The notes under the pieces were generated by a model that searched no databases, was not told the DNA's origin, and was given only the letters and a program-made list of their open reading frames with translations. The position numbers were made by a program, and so were the translations under genes. A stretch of DNA of 15,090 bases from a virus. Lineage: Duplodnaviria > Heunggongvirae > Uroviricota > Caudoviricetes. This document shows positions 8,407-15,090 of the stretch, one piece after another (the stretch's first letter is position 1; the number at the start of each line of letters is the position of its first letter). The DNA lies in the IMG/VR virus record IMGVR_UViG_2778261465_000004, positions 1 through 15,090 of that record, one strand, 5' to 3'.

Positions 8407-10059
8407 ATGTCATTAGACTATATTAAAGAACAGTTGTCAGACTTTATTTCATCTGCAGAACCTGAGGTAATGGCTATTCAGGGTGAGTGGGGGATTGGGA
8501 AAACCTATACTTGGAATGCTTTCTTAAAGGAAAATAAAAATAAGATTGCATTTAATAGATATAGTTACGTCTCTCTTTTTGGTGTTAATTCATTGGACGC
8601 ATTAAAATACTCCATCTTTGAAAATACAATTACGAAAGATTTCATTGGAAACAAACCTAATTTAAAAACAGCAACACAAAATGCAAAGGGGCTTCTTGAA
8701 TCCTGCACTAGAAAGACCGCTCGTGTGTTAAAAGATACACCTTTTTTGAAAAATTTCACTACGACACTTGAGTCAATGTCATTTATGTCAATTACTAATG
8801 TTATTGTAGTCATAGATGACTTAGAAAGACGTGGTAAAAATTTAGAAGTGAAAGATGTCTTAGGGTTGGTTTCTTTATTGAAAGAACAAAAAAATTGTAA
8901 GGTGGTTCTTTTACTTAATAACGGGACAAGTGGTATGGATGACTACTCCACTTATAAAGAAAAGGTTATTGATAGAGAGATTACCTATAATCCTACTCCA
9001 GAAGAATGTGCAGTTATAGCATATAAAAATAATTCTGATGTTCATAAATTATTAAGCAAATACTCCATTTCCCTGGGTATTAAGAATATTAGGATACTGA
9101 AAAAAATAGAGCGGTTTTTGCTAGCCTTGTTACCTGGCATTAACGTTAATTTTGAAAAAATTGCAAATGAAGTCGCACACTCCTTAACTTTGTATTGTTG
9201 GAGTCATTACGCATTTACTCCAGATGGAGATGTACCATCATTGGAGTATATTAGAAATATGAGAAATATCTATATGCGTGATGAAAAAGAGGATGGAAAA
9301 GAAAAAAAATGGCTTAATACTTTGCTTATATATGATTATAAAAAAACAAACGAACTTGATGAAGTCCTTATAGACATGGTAAGGCATGGATATATTGATA
9401 TGAACAATTTCCAAAGGCAAGTAAGTCTAAGGAATGATGAACTTATCCGTGATAGTAAGCGAGGTTCACTGTTTGAAGCATGGAAGCTTTTCTATAATTC
9501 ATTTGAAGATAACCGAAATCAGGTTATTGATAATCTATATCAAGCGGTGGTTGGTGGGATAGAGTATGTAACTCCAAGTGACTTGGATAGTGTTGTCGGA
9601 CTGTATAGAGATTTAGGTGAAAATATTAAAGCAAGTGAATTAATAAGTAAATTTATTAATTACGGCAATGATGCTCTTAAGGAATATGTTCAATCTATTT
9701 ACATGAATGTTCATCCTATAAAAGATGCTGAGTTAAAGTCAAAAATCCAAGATTATTCTACTACTTTAAATCTGGATGGTTCTATAAAGGATGTTCTAAT
9801 AAAATTATCAAGTCAGAATGGTTGGTCTGATAGGCACGAGGAAATATTGGATGCTGCCTCAGAGGATGACTACTATGATTTATTTAAAAAAGTCATTCTT
9901 GATGGTGGTGATTCAATAATAGCTACTGCTCTTAAGTTTGGTGGGTATAGCAATGGTTCAGAAAGAATGAAACGCATCGGAGAAAAAGCGAGAAATGCTT
10001 TGATAAGAATTGGAAATGAGTCGAGCATTAATAAAATACGTGTTAGACGGTATTTGTAA
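8407..10059 (+). CDS. KAP-family P-loop NTPase, soluble (no predicted transmembrane insert); cargo gene, candidate anti-phage defence protein
   Basis: Walker A GEWGIGKT (GxWGxGKT KAP signature), Walker B VIVVIDDLERR (hhhhDDLxR), then VVLLLNN. Start chosen at the ATG 6 nt after GGAGA (8407); in-frame ATGs at 8377 and 8401 are alternatives. No long hydrophobic segment seen. Strongly AT-rich. Confidence 0.8.
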   Translation: MSLDYIKEQLSDFISSAEPEVMAIQGEWGIGKTYTWNAFLKENKNKIAFNRYSYVSLFGVNSLDALKYSIFENTITKDFIGNKPNLKTATQNAKGLLESCTRKTARVLKDTPFLKNFTTTLESMSFMSITNVIVVIDDLERRGKNLEVKDVLGLVSLLKEQKNCKVVLLLNNGTSGMDDYSTYKEKVIDREITYNPTPEECAVIAYKNNSDVHKLLSKYSISLGIKNIRILKKIERFLLALLPGINVNFEKIANEVAHSLTLYCWSHYAFTPDGDVPSLEYIRNMRNIYMRDEKEDGKEKKWLNTLLIYDYKKTNELDEVLIDMVRHGYIDMNNFQRQVSLRNDELIRDSKRGSLFEAWKLFYNSFEDNRNQVIDNLYQAVVGGIEYVTPSDLDSVVGLYRDLGENIKASELISKFINYGNDALKEYVQSIYMNVHPIKDAELKSKIQDYSTTLNLDGSIKDVLIKLSSQNGWSDRHEEILDAASEDDYYDLFKKVILDGGDSIIATALKFGGYSNGSERMKRIGEKARNALIRIGNESSINKIRVRRYL

Positions 10060-10062
10060 TTT

Positions 10063-10083
10063 GGGGGGATTTTCATCCCCCAC
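10063..10083. terminator. Stem-loop GGGGGAT-TTTC-ATCCCCC between convergent KAP gene and portal fragment
   Basis: 7-bp perfect stem read directly; no strong U-tract on either strand, so its terminator function is uncertain. Confidence 0.4.
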
Positions 10084-10092
10084 ACATTTTAT

Positions 10093-10491
10093 CTAATTCA
10101 ATGAATAATCTTTGAAGGCTATTATTTTTTTCTTTAGCCAAATATTAATTTCTACAAGTCTTTTTTGTAAAGGAGTTAACTCATTTCGCACAAAAACGCA
10201 ACTGGCTTTTTCTATATCCCCAAACCCCCCAACATTGTTTGGCATTATCCCCATCATCTGCGGCGGCACACGATGCGCCGCCATCATGTCATCCCGACTT
10301 ACGTTCTTGATGTTAAGAAATTCATCCTTCGCCGCGACTTCTGACAATGGGATGATCTGAAGCCCGTCTTTTTTGCCGTTAGGCGAGTACATAAACAGGT
10401 TGCGGAAGTTGCCTGGACCTTTGGCACTTTTCATCGCGTTGCGGAGGTTGTTCACATCCTCCTGATTCTGCGCGGCGTCGGTCATGTACAT
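10093..10491 (-). pseudogene. Q: 3' fragment of portal gene (P2 Q-like); N-terminal two-thirds deleted
   Basis: Leftward-reading ORF whose stop faces the cos-like site, as Q does in P2. Assigned as portal from orientation and position; no start context and no upstream late genes. Last ~30 codons are AT-rich, suggesting the cargo junction lies inside the 3' end. Confidence 0.5.
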
Positions 10492-10503
10492 GATGAAGCC
10501 TGC

Positions 10504-11532
10504 ATGGCGGTACTGCGCGGTGGACTGGCCGCCGCAGGCACGGTGCTGCGAGTACTGGCATCTGGTCCACTGGCGATGCTGCGCGTTGCCCTGTATGCCA
10601 TATCTGGTCTGTTAGGTGCTCTGCTCAGTCCGATAGGTCTTGTGGTTACTGCACTGGCGGGCGTGGCGCTGGTTGTCTGGAAATACTGGCAACCCATCAC
10701 CGCATTTCTCGGTGGCGTGGTGGAAGGATTCAAAGCGGCGGCAGGTCCCATCAGTGCAGCGTTCGAACCGCTTAAGCCCGTGTTCCAGTGGATTGGCGAC
10801 AAAGTGCAGGCGCTGTGGGGCTGGTTTACTGATCTGCTGACGCCCGTTAAGTCGACCTCTGCCGAACTGCAGAGCGCAGCGGCAATGGGGCGGCGATTCG
10901 GGGAGGCACTGGCGGAAGGGCTGAATATGGTCATGCATCCGCTGGACTCCCTGAAATCCGGCGTTTCCTGGTTGCTGGAGAAGCTCGGCATTGTCAGTAA
11001 AGAGGCCGCAAAGGCAAAACTGCCGGAAAGCGTGACGCGTCAGCAACCTGCGACGGTGAATGCAGACGGTAAAGTGATGATGCCATCGGGTGGTTTTCCA
11101 TCATGGGGATATGGCTTTGCGGGGATGTATGACAGCGGCGGGTATATCCCGCGCGGGCAGTTTGGCATCGTCGGTGAAAACGGGCCGGAAATTGTTAACG
11201 GCCCGGCAAATGTGACCAGCCGGAGAAATACAGCTGCACTGGCTGCCGTTGTTGCCGGAATGATGGGCGTTGCTGCCGCGCCAGCAGAGCTTCCACCGTT
11301 GCACCCTTTGGCACTTCCCGCGAAAGGTGGAGAAGCAATTGTGAGTCGCGCAGCCACTGTGCCGCTCGTTCAACGGATTGAGGCACCGACGCAGATCATC
11401 ATTCAGACGCAGCCAGGACAAAGTGCGCAGGATATTGCGCGGGAGGTGGCACGCCAGCTTGATGAACGTGAACGCAGGCTGAAGGCAAAAGCCAGGAGTA
11501 ACTACAGCGATCAGGGGGGATACGACGCATGA
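10504..11532 (+). pseudogene. T: 3' fragment of tail tape-measure gene (P2 T-like); N-terminal part deleted
   Basis: 342-aa frame ending 4 nt into gpU. Ala/Gly/Leu-rich hydrophobic segments typical of tape-measure C-termini. Frame is open upstream to 10345 with no ribosome-binding site; P2 T is far longer. Confidence 0.65.
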
Positions 11533-12014
11533 TGATGGTGCTGGGATTGTACGTGTTTATGCTGCGCACCGTTCCGTATCAGGAACTGCAGTATCAACGC
11601 AGCTGGCGACATGCGGCAAACAGTCGGGTAAACCGACGTCCGTCCACGCAGTTTCTGGGACCGGAAAACGACATGCTGACGCTTTCCGGTGTTCTTATGC
11701 CGGAAATAACAGGCGGCAGGCTGTCGTTGCTGGCACTGGAGCAGATGGCAGAACAGGGGAAAGCATGGCCCCTGATTGAAGGCAGCGGCACGATTTACGG
11801 CATGTATGTGATTGAGGGACTGAATCAGACTAAAACGGAGTTTTTCCGCGACGGTATGCCGCGCCGGATTGAGTTCACCCTGTCGCTCAAACGAGTGGAT
11901 GAATCCCTGTCCGATATGTTCGGTGATCTCAGTGCGCAACTGAATAATCTGCAGGACACGGCAACGTCTGCCTTAAGCGATATCAGTAAAACGGTGGGAG
12001 GGCTGCTGTCGTGA
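11529..12014 (+). CDS. U: Tail protein gpU
   Basis: 161 aa; MMMVLGLYVFMLRT..., LSGVLMPEITGG, AWPLIEGSGTIYGMYVIEG and FTLSLKRVDESL match P2 gpU as recalled. ATGA overlap with the T stop. Confidence 0.85.
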   Translation: MMMVLGLYVFMLRTVPYQELQYQRSWRHAANSRVNRRPSTQFLGPENDMLTLSGVLMPEITGGRLSLLALEQMAEQGKAWPLIEGSGTIYGMYVIEGLNQTKTEFFRDGMPRRIEFTLSLKRVDESLSDMFGDLSAQLNNLQDTATSALSDISKTVGGLLS

Positions 12015-13111
12015 ATTTCAGCTCTGAACTGCTTAACAAAGGCAACAAAACTCCCGCATTCAGCATCAGTATTGAGGGCAGGGATATCACCACTGTGCTG
12101 GATAACCGCCTGATGAGTTTGACGCTGACGGATAACCGGGGCTTTGAAGCGGACCAGCTTGATCTGGAGCTGGATGACGCTGACGGAAAAATCGTGCTGC
12201 CGCGCCGTGGTGCGGTTATTACGCTGGCGCTGGGCTGGAAGGGGCAGCCGCTTTTCCCGAAAGGGGCATTCACAGTGGACGAGATTGAACACACTGGCGC
12301 ACCGGACCGCCTGACTATCCGGGCGCGAAGTGCTGATTTTCGGGAAACGCTGAATACCCGCCGTGAAAAATCGTGGCATAAGACCACCGTCGGGGAAGTG
12401 GTGAAGGAAATAGCCGCGCGGCACAAGCTGAAGATGGCACTGGGTAAAGACCTGTCGGATAAGCCCGTGGAGCATATAGACCAGACTAATGAGAGTGACG
12501 GCAGTTTTCTGATGCGGCTGGCGCGACAGTACGGTGCCATCGCGTCGGTGAAAAATGGCAATCTGTTATTCATCCGGCAGGGGCAGGGCAAAAGCGCCAC
12601 TGGTAAACCTCTGCCAGTGATCACTATCACACGCAAGGACGGCGACAGTCACCGATTTACCCTGGCAGATCGCGGAGCCTACACGGGCGTAATTGCCAGC
12701 TGGTTGCATACCCGCGAACCTGCGAAGAAAGAAAGCACCACGGTGAAGCGTAAGCGCAGAACTAAGAAGCAGAAGAAAGAGCCAGAAGCGAAGCAGGGCG
12801 ATTACCTGGTGGGTACGGATGAAAACGTGCTGGTACTTAATCGCACTTATGCCAACCGGAGCAATGCCGAACGAGCGGCGAAAATGCAGTGGGAACGCCT
12901 GCAACGCGGCGTTGCGTCATTTTCGCTACAACTGGCAGAAGGGCGGGCAGATCTCTACACGGAAATGCCTGTGAAGGTCAGTGGTTTTAAACAGCCGATA
13001 GATGATGCGGAATGGACCATTACGACTCTGACACATACCGTCAGCCCGAATAACGGTTTTACAACCAGTATTGAACTCGAAGTGAAGATTGATGATCTTG
13101 AAATGGAATAA
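12011..13111 (+). CDS. D: Tail protein / late control protein gpD
   Basis: 366 aa, GTG start overlapping the U stop (GTGA), in the P2 gpD position between U and ogr. Confidence 0.85.
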   Translation: MNFSSELLNKGNKTPAFSISIEGRDITTVLDNRLMSLTLTDNRGFEADQLDLELDDADGKIVLPRRGAVITLALGWKGQPLFPKGAFTVDEIEHTGAPDRLTIRARSADFRETLNTRREKSWHKTTVGEVVKEIAARHKLKMALGKDLSDKPVEHIDQTNESDGSFLMRLARQYGAIASVKNGNLLFIRQGQGKSATGKPLPVITITRKDGDSHRFTLADRGAYTGVIASWLHTREPAKKESTTVKRKRRTKKQKKEPEAKQGDYLVGTDENVLVLNRTYANRSNAERAAKMQWERLQRGVASFSLQLAEGRADLYTEMPVKVSGFKQPIDDAEWTITTLTHTVSPNNGFTTSIELEVKIDDLEME

Positions 13112-13179
13112 AGTGTTCTCAATATTGATATTTTGTGTATCATTACAATGATTCTGATAGCAAAGGTAGGGATCTGGAT

Positions 13180-13398
13180 ATGATGAATTGTCCAAAGTGT
13201 GGTCATGCGGCACACACAAGGAGCAGTTTTCAAGTAACTGAAAGCACCAAAGAGCGTTACTGCCAGTGCCAAAATATTAACTGCGGGAGCACTTTTGTTA
13301 CTCATGAAACAGTGGTCCGGTTTATTGTGACACCCGCACTGATTGCTACTGCTCCTCCACATCCATTGCCAGGTGGTCAGGGGCATATGAATTTTTGA
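13180..13398 (+). CDS. ogr: Ogr/Delta-type zinc-finger late-gene transcriptional activator
   Basis: 72 aa from ATG 13180: MMNCPKCGHAAHTRSS...TKERYCQCQNINCGSTF...PHPLPGGQ parallels P2 Ogr (MFHCPLCQHAAHARTS...KERYHQCQNVNCSATF...PHPLPSGQ) as recalled. Confidence 0.85.
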   Translation: MMNCPKCGHAAHTRSSFQVTESTKERYCQCQNINCGSTFVTHETVVRFIVTPALIATAPPHPLPGGQGHMNF

Positions 13399-13403
13399 GA
13401 AAG

Positions 13404-13430
13404 AGAACCTGCTACGGCAGGTTTTTATTC
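13404..13430. terminator. Intrinsic terminator AACCTGC-TACG-GCAGGTT + TTTTTATT shared by convergent ogr (+) and the BRCT gene (-)
   Basis: Stem 13406-13412 / 13417-13423 followed by a T-run on the plus strand; the minus-strand gene's stop (13425-13427) lies inside the T-tract. Confidence 0.65.
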
Positions 13431-13907
13431 ATCTGGGATCTCACCCGTTTCAAGAAAATGTATAAAGCCAGGCTCATCTATGATGATTGTGCCTTTCATC
13501 CTGGCTGCCGATACTTTTGATGGGCCTGCATTGTAACCGCAACAGAGCATCTGAAGGCTTTGGGTTATAGAGGTTCTTACCGTTAATCCTTGTTCATTCG
13601 CCTTATCAACCAATCTTTCTTTATCTGCTTTCTTAAATCCGGTGAAACACACATCGAATGTATTTTTTTTCGGACCAGACTGCTTAGTGAGATGTGAGTA
13701 GCTTTCGGGGAGGAATGACGCGCATTCCTGAATGGCTTGTTCTGGTGAATCGTACTGTTTAAGAATGCGGTCTTTTCGGAAGGTTTTTATTCGATCGGTG
13801 TTCTTACAAATGCCCTGTATATGATTTTCGCTATAACTGATGCTCTGTATAGAGTGAACAGCGATACGACCATTTGCATTGATGTAAACAAAGTGAAGTT
13901 CTTCCAT
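13425..13907 (-). CDS. Small BRCT-domain protein with WYL-like N-terminal domain (cargo gene next to attR)
   Basis: C-terminal ~80 aa (FTGFKKADKERLVDKANEQGLTVRTS...GYNAGPSKVSAARMKGTIIIDEPGFIHFL) align by eye to the BRCT domain of NAD-dependent DNA ligase (LTGSLS...RDDAKARL...GAKVAGSVSKKTD...[24 protein letters not shown]). N-terminal ...HIQGICKNTDRIKTFRKDRIL resembles the C-terminal strand region of WYL domains (tentative). AGAGG ribosome-binding site 7 nt upstream. Confidence 0.75.
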   Translation of the reverse strand: MEELHFVYINANGRIAVHSIQSISYSENHIQGICKNTDRIKTFRKDRILKQYDSPEQAIQECASFLPESYSHLTKQSGPKKNTFDVCFTGFKKADKERLVDKANEQGLTVRTSITQSLQMLCCGYNAGPSKVSAARMKGTIIIDEPGFIHFLETGEIPDE

Positions 13908-13933
13908 GTGAAACCTCTTTGCATGATTTCAAG

Positions 13934-13972
13934 ATGGCGACAGGCAAGATGGACGCAAAAGTCTGTCGCCAT
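13934..13972. repeat. 10-bp perfect inverted repeat ATGGCGACAG-N19-CTGTCGCCAT with embedded AAGATGG direct repeat
   Basis: Arms at 13934-13943 and 13963-13972; AAGATGG at 13931-13937 and 13947-13953. Lies between the BRCT gene start and the ssrA 3' end. Confidence 0.5.
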
Positions 13973-13994
13973 TTTGCCGCCACTACCAAAGAAA

Positions 13995-14025
13995 AAGGGG
14001 CTACGCTTTCACGTAACCCCTTGAT
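13995..14025 (-). terminator. ssrA intrinsic terminator
   Basis: On the minus strand just after the tmRNA CCA end: AAGGGGTTACG-TGAAAG-CGTAGCCCCTT followed by TTTTCTTT. Confidence 0.6.
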
Positions 14026-14030
14026 TTATT

Positions 14031-14393
14031 TGGTGGAGCTGGCGGGAGTTGAACCCGCGTCCGAAATTCCTACATCCTCGGTACTACATGCTTAGTCAGT
14101 CTTTACATTCGCTTGCCAGCTGCGGACGGACACGCCACTAACAAACTAGCCTGATTAAGTTTTAACGCTTCAACCCCAGGCAGGGCTTCCACGCGATCTC
14201 TTTTGGGTTTGACCTCTCTTGATCCCCGTCCTAAGAGCGGAGGCTAGGGAGAGAGGGCTCTAAGCAGGTTATTAAGCTGCTAAAGCGTAGTTTTCGTCGT
14301 TTGCGACTATTTTTTGCGGCTTTTTACGAGGCCAACCGCCCCTCGGCATGCACCTTGGGTTTCGCAAATCCCGTCGAATCCAGAATCAGCCCC
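14031..14393 (-). ncRNA. ssrA: tmRNA (transfer-messenger RNA, SsrA), 363 nt
   Basis: Reverse complement reads GGGGCTGATTCTGGATTCGACGGGATTTGCGAAACCCAAGGTGCATGCCGAGGGGCGG...CGGGTTCAACTCCCGCCAGCTCCACCA, matching enterobacterial tmRNA across the tRNA-like ends. Confidence 0.95.
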
Positions 14394-14607
14394 AATGTGT
14401 AACGATAAGTATACCAGATTTATGAGCGCCATGACCAGCCTCAATGGCGTTATCGTTAAAGATTTAGCACCCATGTAGCCTGATTTTTATTCGATTAAGC
14501 AATGGGATGGCAACATTTTCGTCGGATGTGATAGCCAATAAGATGTTCATTCGCGCCGCCGGAGAGGGAGGCGCGGTGAGGAACTGGTCAATAATTGGAG
14601 TGCAGGT

Positions 14608-15090
14608 TTAACGGTGGGCGTTTTTCATGATACGCGCTTTATCCACCTGCCATTCGCGCTCTTTGATATCTGAACGTTTATCGTGCTGTTTCTTACCTTT
14701 GGCGACGCCGATTTTCACTTTGCACCAGGCATTTTTCCAGTACAGGGAGAGCGCCACTACGGTATAGCCTTCTCGATTGACGCGACCGTACAATGAGTCC
14801 AGTTCGCGCTGGTTGAGAAGTAACTTGCGGGTACGGGTAGGATCGCACACCACATGCGTGGAGGCCACTGCCATTGGCGTGATGTTTGCGCCAAACAGGA
14901 ACGCTTCTCCGTCACGCAGAAGGACATAGCTGTCGCTGATATTGGCTTTTCCTGCGCGCAGGGATTTAACTTCCCAGCCTTGCAGGGCAAGTCCCGCTTC
15001 GAACTCTTCTTCGATAAAGTATTCGTGACGGGCGCGCTTGTTAAGCGCGATGGTCGCTGAACCAGGTTTATGTGCTTTTTTCTTCGTCAT
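14608..15090 (-). CDS. smpB: SsrA-binding protein SmpB
   Basis: Complete 160-aa ORF ([53 protein letters not shown]...) matching E. coli SmpB as recalled; immediately upstream of ssrA on the same strand. Confidence 0.95.

Larger units (their letters stand above)
1..14030. mobile_element. 186/P2-family prophage remnant; right end abuts ssrA 3' end, left end (rest of int, attL) lies beyond the window start
   Basis: Gene order int-cI | apl-cII-early genes-A ... Q fragment/T fragment-U-D-ogr matches the P2/186 prophage map; tmRNA 3' end lies immediately to the right. Head and most tail genes are absent. Confidence 0.8.

Noticed and set aside
8204-8413. Minus-strand 69-aa ORF spanning the hairpin terminator and cos-like motif
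   Set aside because: It crosses a strong hairpin and the cos-like sequence and overlaps the KAP start; more likely non-coding regulatory or packaging DNA.
8565-9420. Minus-strand ORFs 8565-8813 and 9238-9420 inside the KAP NTPase gene
   Set aside because: AT-rich antisense frames with Lys/Ile/Phe-rich low-complexity translation; the sense frame carries Walker A and B motifs.
10112-12636. Alternate-frame and antisense ORFs over the Q/T/U/D region (10112-10360, 10379-10570, 10482-10991, 10612-11046, 10640-10840, 11040-11357, 11101-11421, 11195-11386, 11511-11939, 11594-11791, 11825-12475, 11983-12636)
   Set aside because: Long open frames are expected by chance in GC-rich DNA; these are Pro/Arg/Ala/Ser-rich and overlap colinear late genes.
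12566-13386. Minus-strand ORFs 12566-12904, 12926-13219 and 12955-13386 over gpD and ogr
   Set aside because: Antisense to genes with clear P2 counterparts; no start signals.
13787-14024. ORFs 13787-13972 (-) and 13821-14024 (+) near the BRCT gene start
   Set aside because: They overlap the BRCT gene or run through the inverted repeat and the ssrA terminator; no ribosome-binding site; likely non-coding.
14757-15060. ORFs 14757-14990 (-) and 14854-15060 (+) inside smpB
   Set aside because: Nested in or antisense to the complete, highly conserved smpB reading frame.
1-15090. CRISPR arrays, IS elements or transposases, and additional tRNA genes
   Set aside because: No regularly spaced direct repeats, no transposase-like ORFs or terminal inverted repeats, and no tRNA-like structure other than the tRNA-like domain of ssrA were seen.

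Overview
This window is the right-hand chromosomal junction of a 186/P2-family (Peduovirus-like) prophage remnant integrated immediately 3' of ssrA (tmRNA), with complete smpB and ssrA on the minus strand at the right edge (14031-15090). From the left, the prophage carries: an integrase (its 3' end runs off the window), a 186-type CI repressor, a switch region with a perfect inverted repeat, apl/cox-like and cII genes, several small early genes, a TraR/DksA zinc-finger protein, a Dam methylase and the rolling-circle replication protein A. Downstream of A lies a LexA-box-controlled pair of small genes (a 62-aa protein and a DinI-like protein). An AT-rich cargo region (about 7400-10160) follows, holding a signal-peptide protein and a soluble KAP-family P-loop NTPase, split by a short GC-rich islet with a cos-like motif. 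A 3' portal (Q) fragment is then fused directly to a 3' tape-measure (T) fragment, so the head and most tail genes are missing and the prophage is defective. Tail genes U and D and the late activator ogr follow, then a second cargo gene encoding a small BRCT-domain protein with a WYL-like N-terminus, sitting against the ssrA 3' end. The best candidates for an undescribed accessory or defence function are the KAP NTPase and the WYL-BRCT protein. All calls rest on reading the sequence and recalled family signatures; no database search was run.
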